From an uncultured Christensenella sp. (GTDB lineage Bacteria > Bacillota > Clostridia > Christensenellales > UBA3700), in NCBI GenBank assembly GCA_964478025.1, contig CAYZGK010000002.1:22727-86726 (forward strand): DNA of 64,000 nucleotides. The letters are read 5' to 3'. Positions 1 through 9,258 of the stretch are shown here, in pieces; the stretch's first letter is position 1; each line of letters begins with the position of its first letter. A program made the translations under genes and the position numbers. The notes below the pieces were generated by a model. That model saw only the letters and a list, made by a program, of their open reading frames with translations, did not search any database and had not been told where the DNA came from.

Positions 1-754
1 CACCTAAAATTTGATAATTTACTTCCTCTTCTGGAATTTCATACTTTTTTACACCAGTAGCCTTTTTGTATGTAACATTGTCACCGGTTGAATAATACTC
101 TTCATACATATCTGTAATACCAAATGATTTAGAATTTACATAATAATTAGAGCCAATAGAATTTGTTGAATCTTCTGCATCACCCTTGCCTATTCTTACT
201 TTAAAACTTTGAACAGCTTGACTAACATCAAGTCCAATAACAGTAGTAACTACACCTCCATTATTACAAACTTGAGCTACATAATCTGCATTATAGTAAT
301 TATCTACAACAGCTAAACACATTTCTCCTGCTGTCATTTTACTATTTATAGCAGTATGAGCTGTAGCTGTTGGAACTTTTGTTCCAAGTGCACCTGTATA
401 TGCTTGAGCTGCATTTGCCTCAATAGTTTTACTGCCACCAAAAATTTTAATACCTAATCCAAATTGTAATACAAGTATAGCGATTAAAACAACAGCAACT
501 ATAGAACCTAATGTAATACCTGTTATTGCACCTGCACCTAATTTTTTCTTTGATTTCTTTTGATTGGATTTTAAACCTTTTCCAGATGGAGCATCAACCA
601 TTGCATAATCTGCATCGTCGTCCTCTTCATCTTGAACTTCAGCTACATCATCAACATCGTCAATAACATCATCATCTACGATTTCATCATCAACTACATC
701 ATCAACAATTTCGTCATCAATTTCGATATCTTCGATTTCGTCTTTCTTTTTCAT
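1..754 (-). CDS. hypothetical membrane-anchored protein (C-terminal part lies outside the window)
   Basis: The minus-strand frame is open from the left edge to an ATG at 754-752, with AGGAG (763-767) 8 nt upstream. My translation gives MKKKDEIEDIEIDDEIVDDVVDDEIVDD (acidic tail), then KKKLGAGAITGITLGSIVAVVLIAILVLQF (one TM helix), then a soluble domain. I recognise no family. Confidence 0.6.
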   Translation of the reverse strand, partial: MKKKDEIEDIEIDDEIVDDVVDDEIVDDDVIDDVDDVAEVQDEEDDDADYAMVDAPSGKGLKSNQKKSKKKLGAGAITGITLGSIVAVVLIAILVLQFGLGIKIFGGSKTIEANAAQAYTGALGTKVPTATAHTAINSKMTAGEMCLAVVDNYYNADYVAQVCNNGGVVTTVIGLDVSQAVQSFKVRIGKGDAEDSTNSIGSNYYVNSKSFGITDMYEEYYSTGDNVTYKKATGVKKYEIPEEEVNYQILG

Positions 755-922
755 AATAACTTCTCCTAATTTTTTAATACATTTATAATTTTAAGATATA
801 TATACTTTCTTTGCAAGTAAAAAATCTTAACCTAAACTTTTCACAAAATTTACAAAATCTCAATTTGTTTGATTTTTCAAGCCAATATGTTATATAGTAT
901 AGATGTATTATGTGAGGTGTTT

Positions 923-1813
923 ATGATTATAATTTCAACAGAAGCAACTGCTGACTGTCCTGAATCTATCTTTCGCGATGATTTAAAAATTATTCCAATG
1001 GGATATACAGTTAATGGCATCGGCTATGATGGCATTAATGAAAAATTATCCCCTCATGAATTTTATGAGGCTGTTGCTAATGCAAAAACAAAATCTGATT
1101 TACCACAAACAACAATGGTTACAGAATATACTGCAACTGAGTTTTTTGAAAATCTATTAAAGCAAGGCCACGATATAATTCATATTGGTTTTTCTTCTCA
1201 TTTATCTGGTACATTCGAGCAAGAAACTAAGGCAGTAAACGCATTAAAAGAAAAATACCCTGAAAGAAAGATAACTTTAATAGATTCTTTCTCTGCATGT
1301 TTTGGCGAGGGTTTAATTGCCTATTATGCACTACAAAAGAAAGATGAAGGTGCATCATACGAAGAGATCGTTGAGTATACTAAAAGCATTATTCAAAATT
1401 CAAATGCTATATTTGTAATTGATGATTTAATGCATCTATGTAGAACTGGAAGAGCTGCAAAGTCTGAAGCTTATCTTGGAACAGCATTCCATGTTAAACC
1501 AATTTTATATATTGCTAATGATGGATCTTTACAACCTTTTGCTAAAGAAATCTCTCAAAAGAAAGCATTAAAGACAATGCTTAAAGTTTTTGAAAATAAT
1601 GCATGGTCTCCTGAAAAAACTAAACTTATAGGAATTGGACATGCTGATGATTTAGAAAGTGCTAACTTAGTTATCGATTCTATAAAAGAAATGGGATATA
1701 AAAATGTTATACCTTTTGATGTAGGACCAGTTATAGGAACTCATGTAGGAAAAGGTATGATATGCATTATCTTTATGGGTAACGAAAAAGATCAAACAAT
1801 AAAAAATAGATAA
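923..1813 (+). CDS. DegV family fatty-acid-binding protein
   Basis: This is track ORF 869-1813. I prefer the in-frame ATG at 923, which follows GAGGTG and gives MIIISTEATADCPESI, a DegV-like N-terminus. Length and overall sequence are typical of DegV. Confidence 0.85.
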   Translation: MIIISTEATADCPESIFRDDLKIIPMGYTVNGIGYDGINEKLSPHEFYEAVANAKTKSDLPQTTMVTEYTATEFFENLLKQGHDIIHIGFSSHLSGTFEQETKAVNALKEKYPERKITLIDSFSACFGEGLIAYYALQKKDEGASYEEIVEYTKSIIQNSNAIFVIDDLMHLCRTGRAAKSEAYLGTAFHVKPILYIANDGSLQPFAKEISQKKALKTMLKVFENNAWSPEKTKLIGIGHADDLESANLVIDSIKEMGYKNVIPFDVGPVIGTHVGKGMICIIFMGNEKDQTIKNR

Positions 1814-1823
1814 TTATTTACTA

Positions 1824-1866
1824 CAAAAAAAACTCTGCATGAACAACTCATGCAGAGTTTTTTTTG
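1824..1866. terminator. bidirectional rho-independent terminator between convergent genes
   Basis: A perfect 13-bp stem pairs AAACTCTGCATGA (1830-1842) with TCATGCAGAGTTT (1848-1860) around a 5-nt loop. It has an A-run on the left and a T-run on the right. Confidence 0.8.
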
Positions 1867-1876
1867 TAACTAATTT

Positions 1877-3292
1877 TTATATTTCTCTTCCTATTAAATA
1901 CAAGAAAGCTACTGCGGGAATTCTATATAATTTTGTGTTTTTTCTTTCACTAATTCCAAAATCATCAATGTTTTTTGTTATTACAAATTCCGGTGTATCC
2001 TTCATTCCAAAAACTACAATTCCATCACTATCTTTAATCGTTGAATTATTTCTATTTTTTGCCTCTATATATTGAATATCTACATTTTTTTCTTGAACAG
2101 CAATATCTATCTCTTGACCTTTATTATTTCTTATATAACCAACTCTATAAAGTTCATCATCTAAACTATCAAAATAATCTCTTACGTGTTTGTAACTTAA
2201 AGTTTCCATTGCTGCAACAAACTCTGTTAAATTAGTTTCAATATCATTATTTCTTGTTACCGCACATCTTATTCCATTATCTAGAATATAAACTTTTCTT
2301 CTAGGTTTTAAAGGCTTTTTCCCTCCAACTTCTAATTGGTCTGAGATATAAATTAGATTTGCCTTTTCAAGTGCTGTTATATAGTTATTACAAGTTAGTC
2401 TATCTATATTTAATTCTTTAGATAACACTTCAGTATTTACAGTTGTTGATGTATTATAACAGAAAAATGTAAACAAGTTTGTTAGTGCGTCAATATTTTT
2501 TATATCAAAGCTTCGTGTAATATCTTGTTTTATGGCTTTTGTAATTATTTGATCTCTTATAAGTTTACTTATATAAGAAAAATCATCACTCTTTGAATAC
2601 TCAGGAAAACCACCTATTTTCATATATTTAATCATTTCTGAATATAGACTTCCTAGTTTCATTATTATTGAAGACTGCTCTTGTAAAGGTAAAGTATAAA
2701 TTTTAAACACATCGAATTTTGGAACATCTACCTCTTTGCCATTTAATACACAAAATTCATAAAATGACATTGTAGGTATTTTTATTGTGTAAAATCTTCC
2801 AGCACCACTATCTACACTATCATTTTCTAAATCAACTGATGCAGAGCCTGTAATCATTACTCTAACGTCTTTATTCAAATCAAAGAGTTTTTTTACATAG
2901 TTTTTCCATGATTTATCTTTTTGCGCTTCATCTATGAATAAGTAAAAATCATTTTTATCATAGATATACTTATTATAAACATCTAGAGCTTCCTTAATAG
3001 AAATACCATCATTTGGAAACTCATCCAAGGTATAAAACAAAATTCTTTGAGGATTTATTCCTTTATTTAAAAGTTCATTAATTATTTGAAAGACAATGGT
3101 AGATTTACCAACACGTCTTGGTCCAGACAATACTGGAAATCTTCTTATTTGATTAAAAAAGACCTTTTGTACTCTATCAAACTCTTTCCTTTTAAATTCA
3201 GGAACTAGACTTTTATCTACTTTTCCTGTTACCCACCAAGAGTTTTGCTCCTTTAAGTTCTTTAAAATATCGCTTTCTTTCAACAAAGACAT
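1877..3292 (-). CDS. stand-alone AAA+ ATPase with C-terminal DUF4143/PD-(D/E)xK-like domain (COG1373-type), paralog 1
   Basis: Motifs seen: Walker A GPRRVGKST, Walker B FIDEAQ, sensor ITGSAS, GAGRF, an HTH-like LTCNNYITALEKANLIYI, and C-terminal EIDIAV...YIEAKN. Confidence 0.85.
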   Translation of the reverse strand: MSLLKESDILKNLKEQNSWWVTGKVDKSLVPEFKRKEFDRVQKVFFNQIRRFPVLSGPRRVGKSTIVFQIINELLNKGINPQRILFYTLDEFPNDGISIKEALDVYNKYIYDKNDFYLFIDEAQKDKSWKNYVKKLFDLNKDVRVMITGSASVDLENDSVDSGAGRFYTIKIPTMSFYEFCVLNGKEVDVPKFDVFKIYTLPLQEQSSIIMKLGSLYSEMIKYMKIGGFPEYSKSDDFSYISKLIRDQIITKAIKQDITRSFDIKNIDALTNLFTFFCYNTSTTVNTEVLSKELNIDRLTCNNYITALEKANLIYISDQLEVGGKKPLKPRRKVYILDNGIRCAVTRNNDIETNLTEFVAAMETLSYKHVRDYFDSLDDELYRVGYIRNNKGQEIDIAVQEKNVDIQYIEAKNRNNSTIKDSDGIVVFGMKDTPEFVITKNIDDFGISERKNTKLYRIPAVAFLYLIGREI

Positions 3293-3313
3293 ATCTAACC
3301 TACCTTTTAGCTT

Positions 3314-3342
3314 ATTTTATCACTAAAACAATTCATTGTCTA
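3314..3342 (-). promoter_or_regulatory. putative sigma-A promoter of ATPase paralog 1
   Basis: Read on the minus strand: TAGACA (3342-3337), 17 nt, TAAAAT (3319-3314). The RBS AAGGTAGG precedes the ATG at 3292. Confidence 0.45.
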
Positions 3343-3348
3343 TAATTT

Positions 3349-3399
3349 TGTGGAGTCTACTCCACATTATTTACAATATTTTGTGGAGTCTATTCCACA
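3349..3399. promoter_or_regulatory. two copies of an 18-bp palindrome (operator-like), 33-bp period
   Basis: TGTGGAGTCTACTCCACA at 3349-3366 has perfect 8-bp arms. TGTGGAGTCTATTCCACA at 3382-3399 has one arm mismatch. Both copies share the TTT 5' flank. The proximal copy ends 6 bp from the predicted -35. Confidence 0.6.
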
Positions 3400-3421
3400 T
3401 AGTTTATGTTTTTCCAATAAA

Positions 3422-3450
3422 AAAAGTGACACTTTAATAGCATCACTTTT
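3422..3450 (-). terminator. probable ilvE terminator
   Basis: AAAAGTGA (3422-3429) pairs with TCACTTTT (3443-3450) around a 13-nt loop. A T-run follows on the minus strand. The stem is AT-rich, so support is moderate. Confidence 0.5.
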
Positions 3451-3473
3451 AATTTATTGTCTTTTATTTAGTA

Positions 3474-4535
3474 TTAGTTAACTTTTGTTACCCAACCAAA
3501 TGGATCTGGTTTTGTTCTATTTTGGATACCAGTAATTTCGTCATATAAGAATTGAGTAATTTTACCCATCTTTTGATCGTTAATTATAATATCTTTTCCT
3601 TTATATCCAAGAACGCCAACTGGAGAAATAACAGCTGCTGTACCAGAACCAAAGGCTTCATTTAATCTACCCTCATTTGCAGCTTTAATAACTTCATCCA
3701 TAGAAATTCTTCTTTCTTCAACAGGCATATTGTGAGCCTTTAATACTTGGATACATGAATTTCTTGTAATACCTGGCAAAATTGATCCTACAAGAGCTGG
3801 AGTTACAACAACACCATCAATAACGAAGAACATATTCATAGAACCAACTTCTTCTACATATTTGTGTTCAGCTGCATCTAACCATAGACATTGATCATAA
3901 CCTAATGAATTAGCTTTTTCACCACCCATTAATGAACAAGCATAGTTACCTGCACATTTAGCTTCACCTGTACCACCAATAGTTGCACGTGTATAATAAT
4001 CTTCAACTAAAATCTTTGTTGGCTCTAATCCATGAGCATAGTATGAACCAACTGGAGATAGAATAATAAAGAACTTATAAATCTTTGAAGCATGAACTCC
4101 TAATTGTTCTTGATCAGCAATCAATGTTGGTCTAATGTATAAAGCAGTACCTGGAGCTGTAGGAATCCAACTTTCTTCAAGTTTTAATAAATCAAATAAT
4201 GCAGCCTTTACTTTTGCTGAATCAAATTCAGGCATACACATTCTCTTTGCAGAATTATTCATTCTTATAAAGTTGTCATCAATTCTAAATACTGTAATTT
4301 CACCTTTATCGTTCTTATATGCTTTAGCTCCTTCAAAAATAGCTTGAGCATAATGTAAAACGTTTGATGCTGGTGACATTGCAAATGGTTGGAAAGGAAC
4401 AATTTCAGGTTCTCCCCATGCACCATTCTTGTATTCCATAAGAAGCATGTGATCTGTGAAATACTTACCAAATCCTAGTTTAGTAAAATCTGGCTTTTCT
4501 TTACGTTGTTTAACTAATGTTGTTTTTGTTGCCAT
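3474..4535 (-). CDS. ilvE: branched-chain amino acid aminotransferase
   Basis: 353 aa. N-terminal FGKYFTDHM and the class IV aminotransferase pattern (YIRP, GTGEAK.AGNY) are typical of long-form IlvE. Confidence 0.9.
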   Translation of the reverse strand: MATKTTLVKQRKEKPDFTKLGFGKYFTDHMLLMEYKNGAWGEPEIVPFQPFAMSPASNVLHYAQAIFEGAKAYKNDKGEITVFRIDDNFIRMNNSAKRMCMPEFDSAKVKAALFDLLKLEESWIPTAPGTALYIRPTLIADQEQLGVHASKIYKFFIILSPVGSYYAHGLEPTKILVEDYYTRATIGGTGEAKCAGNYACSLMGGEKANSLGYDQCLWLDAAEHKYVEEVGSMNMFFVIDGVVVTPALVGSILPGITRNSCIQVLKAHNMPVEERRISMDEVIKAANEGRLNEAFGSGTAAVISPVGVLGYKGKDIIINDQKMGKITQFLYDEITGIQNRTKPDPFGWVTKVN

Positions 4536-4536
4536 T

Positions 4537-5172
4537 TTATTTCGCCTCTTTTATAAATTTATTGTATTTTGTTTCTAATATTTCAATTTGTGCTTGTCCA
4601 TTTGATTTATCTATTACTGCCTTTTTGCATTCTTCTACATCTTCTTTTGGAAGAATTGCCTTTACAGTAATTTTATCTAAATATTCAATGTCTTGCACTT
4701 GGCCATTATAGTTTTCAATTATCTCTTGTATTTTTTTATACGTAGAATAATCCGTATGTACTACAAAACCATTACTCTCTTTATACTCCACTATTTTAGC
4801 CTTGTCAATAGCACTAGCTACACAAGATGAATATGCACCCACTAGGCCACTTGCACCTAACTTTATGCCACCAAAATATCTAGTAACAACAGCAAGTGTC
4901 ATATAAACCTTTCTCTTCTTTAAAACCTCAAGTATTGGAACTCCTGCTGTGCCTTGAGGCTCACCATCATCAGAAAATTTTTGTTCCAATGCATTTTGAG
5001 AAGATATAAATGCATAGCAATTATGCGTAGCATCAGAGTATTTCTTTTTTATTATGTTAAGTTTCTCTATAGCATCTTCTTGTGAACTAATAGGTGTTAG
5101 TGTTGTGATAAACTTTGACTTACTTATCACTATTAGTTCTTCAAAAGTTTCATCTACTGCTAAATAATTCAT
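4537..5172 (-). CDS. YigZ/IMPACT family protein (UPF0029)
   Basis: 211 aa. HNCYAF and DDGEP.GTAG.PIL are the hallmark motifs of the YigZ N-terminal domain. The start overlaps the tyrS stop at 5172. Confidence 0.8.
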   Translation of the reverse strand: MNYLAVDETFEELIVISKSKFITTLTPISSQEDAIEKLNIIKKKYSDATHNCYAFISSQNALEQKFSDDGEPQGTAGVPILEVLKKRKVYMTLAVVTRYFGGIKLGASGLVGAYSSCVASAIDKAKIVEYKESNGFVVHTDYSTYKKIQEIIENYNGQVQDIEYLDKITVKAILPKEDVEECKKAVIDKSNGQAQIEILETKYNKFIKEAK

Positions 5173-6383
5173 TATTTTGCTGAAACTTTTAAGTGAATTT
5201 TCTTACCTTTATGCAATGTAAATCCATTCTTTAAATCATTTTCCGTTACTTGATATGAAAAATCTGGAATAACTGTATCATCTATCTTTACAGCACCAGC
5301 TTTTATAATATCTCTTGCTTCACTTTTTGATTTACAAGCACCTACACTTACTAAAATATCACAGATATTTAAGCATGTTATATCTACTTTCTTTTCTGGA
5401 AGTTCACCGCCATTTCCACCAAATGCTGCCTCAGCTTGTGCTTGTACTTGTTTTGCTATGTCTTCACCATGAACAATCTTTGTAACTTCATAAGCTAAAA
5501 CTTTCTTAGCTTCATTAATTCTTTCATCTTGATATTTACATAATTCTCTTATTTTATCCATCTCAACGAAAGTAATTAATCTTAAACACTTTTCAACATC
5601 AGCATCTGCTGTATTTCTCCAATATTGATAAAAATCATATGGTGATGTCTTATTTGGATCTAACCAAACAGCTCCCTTTTGAGTTTTACCCATTTTCTTA
5701 CCTTCAGATGTTGTTAATAATTCAAATGTCATAGCATATGCAGGCTTTTGTAATTTTCTTCTAATTAAATCTGCTCCTGCTAACATATTTGACCATTGAT
5801 CAGCACCGCCACATTGTAATTTACATCCAGCATGTTGATATAAATATAAGAAATCATAACCTTGCATTAACATATAGTTAAACTCAAGGAATGATAATCC
5901 TTTTTCCATTCTTTGTTTAAAACATTCACAAGTTAACATTTGATTAACTGAAAAATATCTTCCTATATCTCTAATAAATTCAATGTAATTTAAATTATCA
6001 AGCCAATCAGCATTATTCATAATAACAGCAGCATTTTCACCTTCAAAAGATAAAAATTTGCTCATTTGCTTTTTAAAGCACTCAACGTTATGGTTAATAA
6101 CTTCATCAGTCATCATTTGGCGCATATCAGTTCTTCCTGATGGGTCACCAATTTTACCTGTACCACCACCAACTAGAATAATTGGCTTATGACCAGCTTT
6201 TTGCATATGACTCATAGCCATAAGTGCTAAAAAATGTCCAACGTGCAAAGAATCTGCTGTTGGATCAAATCCAATGTAAAATGGAACACTTTCTTTTCCT
6301 AATAATTCATATAGGTCATCTTCATAAACTGTTTGATGAATAAAACCTCTCTCTCTTAGTGTGTCCATAATATTTTTTGACAT
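5172..6383 (-). CDS. tyrS: tyrosine--tRNA ligase
   Basis: 403 aa with a HIGH-type motif (LHVGH), a KMSKS-type motif (KMGKT) and a C-terminal S4-like domain. Confidence 0.95.
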   Translation of the reverse strand: MSKNIMDTLRERGFIHQTVYEDDLYELLGKESVPFYIGFDPTADSLHVGHFLALMAMSHMQKAGHKPIILVGGGTGKIGDPSGRTDMRQMMTDEVINHNVECFKKQMSKFLSFEGENAAVIMNNADWLDNLNYIEFIRDIGRYFSVNQMLTCECFKQRMEKGLSFLEFNYMLMQGYDFLYLYQHAGCKLQCGGADQWSNMLAGADLIRRKLQKPAYAMTFELLTTSEGKKMGKTQKGAVWLDPNKTSPYDFYQYWRNTADADVEKCLRLITFVEMDKIRELCKYQDERINEAKKVLAYEVTKIVHGEDIAKQVQAQAEAAFGGNGGELPEKKVDITCLNICDILVSVGACKSKSEARDIIKAGAVKIDDTVIPDFSYQVTENDLKNGFTLHKGKKIHLKVSAK

Positions 6384-6558
6384 ATTTAAAATTCTCCTAT
6401 GACGCGTTTTTGCCGCAGTCTAAATATTATTATATTTATATATTAATATTTTCTCAACTTAAAATTATTAATAATTTGTTTAATTCAACATTAAACCACG
6501 AAAAATCAAACAAAAACTAATATTTTTTGCTATAAATTATCTTTATTTCATGTAATTT

Positions 6559-7911
6559 TTAAATGAAAACTTTCTCAAGTTCTTCTTCCTTTTCGCATTC
6601 TTTTTCAAATACTGTAAACATCAAAATCATAAATAATTGATAAGGAAGTGGACAAAAATCTCCTGGATTGACGAGTGCTAATAACTCAAAACCTATAAAT
6701 GATAACATTAAAGCAGATGTAAACTTATAGTGACGTTTTCTAAACAAATTTACTCTAAATAAAAATTGATAAACATAAGCTATAATACCAACACTGCCTA
6801 AACTTCCAATAACCTGGAATGGTGTTGAGTGATACCAATACATTGCACCCTTCTTTGGATAGTAATATTCACCATACGCACCTAATCCTTTACCGAATAT
6901 AGGACTTTCTTTAAAACACTCAATTGCATAATTAAATAAACCAAATCTAGCCTCTCCACTTCTTACCTTTAACATGGACACAATTTTATCAAACTTAACA
7001 GCAATTAAAACAACTATACCTGTAAGCATAATCGTTAAAAGTATACTCATAATTATCTTTAAGTTTTTATCATTTGTTTTATAAATGTAAATCATATAAA
7101 GTGGAGACATAACAAGGCCCATAATAATTCCACCACGAGATAATGTACCAAAAAGTGCAATAACTTCAAGCGCACCTAAAAGCAATGCTCTAATCGGTTT
7201 TTCTTCTCTTCGCATATAGTAAAACGCAAAAGGTATCGTATAGAATAAATTTGCGGATAAATTGTTACCCATTTGAAGTTTGTTATTAAAACTTGAAAAA
7301 TCTGTTATAAGTAATTCAAAATTCTCCACATAGAATAATGCTAAAATAAGCACTAAAAACATTCCATAAAAAACCATTGTCTTAGTTAAATTTAAAACAT
7401 AATCAGCTTTAAAATCTATATACGTTCTAAACAAAACATATAATATAACAAGTCCAATTCCAAGACCAAAGACATAATAAAGTGCTGTTAATTGGAAATA
7501 TTCCTCTGCACTTATACTAAATAGCCCACCAAATGTTACAGCGATAGCAACAGCACTTGTTGGGAAAATCATTTTTGAACAATTTAGTTTATGTGGAAAC
7601 CTTACAAAGTGTGTTATCAAACTTGCAATAATAAATATACCAGCAGGCCATAATTTAACCCAATAATCAAAGCTTGCATATTTTCTTAAAACAATTGCAG
7701 TAAATAGTAAAAATGGAAGCAATGGCTTCATAAAGTCATCAATCAATATTAAATCTAAGCAAATAATACTAAATAAGAATATTGCTGCAACATAATTAAA
7801 ACCAAAAGCATAAAATACAAATGTAAAGAATACACAAACAATATTGTAATACTTTGACTCCAAAAATTCTTTAACATCTAAGTAATTTATTTTACTACTA
7901 ATTGCTTTCAT
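6559..7911 (-). CDS. O-antigen ligase (Wzy_C) family polytopic membrane protein
   Basis: 450 aa with many TM helices. The LSRGGIIMG loop motif and the late GKGLGAYG motif resemble the O-antigen ligase/polymerase family. Confidence 0.6.
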   Translation of the reverse strand: MKAISSKINYLDVKEFLESKYYNIVCVFFTFVFYAFGFNYVAAIFLFSIICLDLILIDDFMKPLLPFLLFTAIVLRKYASFDYWVKLWPAGIFIIASLITHFVRFPHKLNCSKMIFPTSAVAIAVTFGGLFSISAEEYFQLTALYYVFGLGIGLVILYVLFRTYIDFKADYVLNLTKTMVFYGMFLVLILALFYVENFELLITDFSSFNNKLQMGNNLSANLFYTIPFAFYYMRREEKPIRALLLGALEVIALFGTLSRGGIIMGLVMSPLYMIYIYKTNDKNLKIIMSILLTIMLTGIVVLIAVKFDKIVSMLKVRSGEARFGLFNYAIECFKESPIFGKGLGAYGEYYYPKKGAMYWYHSTPFQVIGSLGSVGIIAYVYQFLFRVNLFRKRHYKFTSALMLSFIGFELLALVNPGDFCPLPYQLFMILMFTVFEKECEKEEELEKVFI

Positions 7912-8052
7912 AACATTTTTTAGAATATACTATTTAATCCATATTGTCTACTATTTTTTTAATATTAATTAAACAATAACCATAATAAGAAAAATAAATT
8001 TTCCCTCATCTTTGTAAGATCTTATTAAATATTTGAATGATAACTATTTTTT

Positions 8053-9120
8053 TTAATTACAATCAACACTTATTACATCTTTTTTTAAAATCTTTTTTCT
8101 ACATAAGTAATCTACGATTATAGTTAATGCAATTTCGATAACTGTAACAATAATAAGTGTAAGCCAACCTTTAGTAAAGTATGAAAATACATCTAAATAT
8201 TCGTACAATTCACCAGCTTGTAGATAAAACAAAGAAAATAATCCAAATAAAATTTTATTACTTACACCAATGGAATTAGCAATATAGAAAATGCTTCTTG
8301 TTACAAAATACGTTATCACTGTCAAAGAAATAGACATTTTTCTATTTTTTATTAACATTGTTAATTTTGCAAAATTCATCCAAAATAACATAGATAGTAT
8401 TATCGTCACAAACTTTGGCAAAAATACTATTTCTAACGCACTTTTTTCAAAAAAGCCATCTTCACCATACAATAAAAATTTTGCTGCGCTATCAGACCAT
8501 CCCATTATAAACGGAATAACCATTGTAAGTAGTAGATATAAAGTTGATATTAAATATAAAAAAACATTTTTACCAAAAAATACATTTTTTCGGTTGTTAG
8601 AAGAAATTAATATATTTTTTAAAGAATCGTTTATATCTAAATTAAACACTTCAAAAGCCAAAGTTATAGCAAGAATAGGTAAAACTAGCGATAGTGCTTT
8701 AAATACTACAACCATTACATAACTACCCTGATGACTTAAATCAAACGTTTGTTGATGCGTAGTTAAGTAGTCCACCGAAAATGTGTTATTTTCAATCAAA
8801 AAATCATAATATAGATATTCTTTTTCATAATCATAATTAGGAACTATAATCACACCATCTGGCAAATCTCCACTCTGTCCATCAAGATAATCCAATATTT
8901 GTTTATAGAATTCTCTTTGTTCTATATATTCAACTCTAAGCACAACTTTATCTTCGTTAGATAATTCTTCTTTTTCATGTAAAGGAAACGAAAATGCATA
9001 AATCAAGACTATACTAAAAAAAACAATAAAAAATAACAACCACAACAAAAAGATGTCTTTATTCCTTATTGTTTTATTCATTTCTAAATATAAAGTCGTT
9101 TTAACTGCAGATTCTCTCAT
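8053..9120 (-). CDS. hypothetical polytopic membrane protein (ABC-2-permease-like topology)
   Basis: 355 aa: an N-terminal TM, an approximately 100-aa extracytoplasmic loop, then about 5 TM helices. No ATPase partner is adjacent and I recognise no motif. Confidence 0.45.
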   Translation of the reverse strand: MRESAVKTTLYLEMNKTIRNKDIFLLWLLFFIVFFSIVLIYAFSFPLHEKEELSNEDKVVLRVEYIEQREFYKQILDYLDGQSGDLPDGVIIVPNYDYEKEYLYYDFLIENNTFSVDYLTTHQQTFDLSHQGSYVMVVVFKALSLVLPILAITLAFEVFNLDINDSLKNILISSNNRKNVFFGKNVFLYLISTLYLLLTMVIPFIMGWSDSAAKFLLYGEDGFFEKSALEIVFLPKFVTIILSMLFWMNFAKLTMLIKNRKMSISLTVITYFVTRSIFYIANSIGVSNKILFGLFSLFYLQAGELYEYLDVFSYFTKGWLTLIIVTVIEIALTIIVDYLCRKKILKKDVISVDCN

Positions 9121-9204
9121 GATTACTCTCTACTTGTCATCAATGTACCACACACAGTATTTATTGTCAATACACCCATTTTTATTCATATTTTTTATAT
9201 CATA

Positions 9205-9242
9205 ATAAAAAAAAAGCTGCCTACTTTTTATAGACAGCTTTT
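9205..9242 (-). terminator. terminator downstream of the M28 peptidase gene
   Basis: The stem pairs AAAGCTG with CAGCTTT. On the minus strand a long T-run follows (the A-run at about 9205-9215 on plus). Confidence 0.6.
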
Positions 9243-9258
9243 AAATTGTTTTTATTAA

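Noticed and set aside
869-922. The upstream starts given in the ORF track for degV (869). The same question applies to the phosphatase (12454), dnaJ (23984), hrcA (27488), atpA (43718), atpE (44578), atpB (45470), trkA (46352), phoP (52558), pstS (56759) and hipS (61729).
   Set aside because: In each case an internal ATG has a proper Shine-Dalgarno at 5-10 nt and yields the family-typical N-terminus. The longer versions lack an RBS or begin inside the upstream gene.
3349-3399. Reading the TGTGGAGT/ACTCCACA words as DnaA boxes or an origin.
   Set aside because: They match TTATCCACA only in the CCACA part. There are no clustered consensus boxes, no AT-rich unwinding element pattern, no dnaA/dnaN nearby, and no switch in gene-strand bias at this position.
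6384-6558. A possible T-box riboswitch upstream of tyrS.
   Set aside because: I could not find the conserved T-box sequence (..GGTGGTACCGCG..) or a specifier-loop architecture on the minus strand. The region of about 175 nt is also short for a T-box leader. An Infernal scan is needed to be certain.
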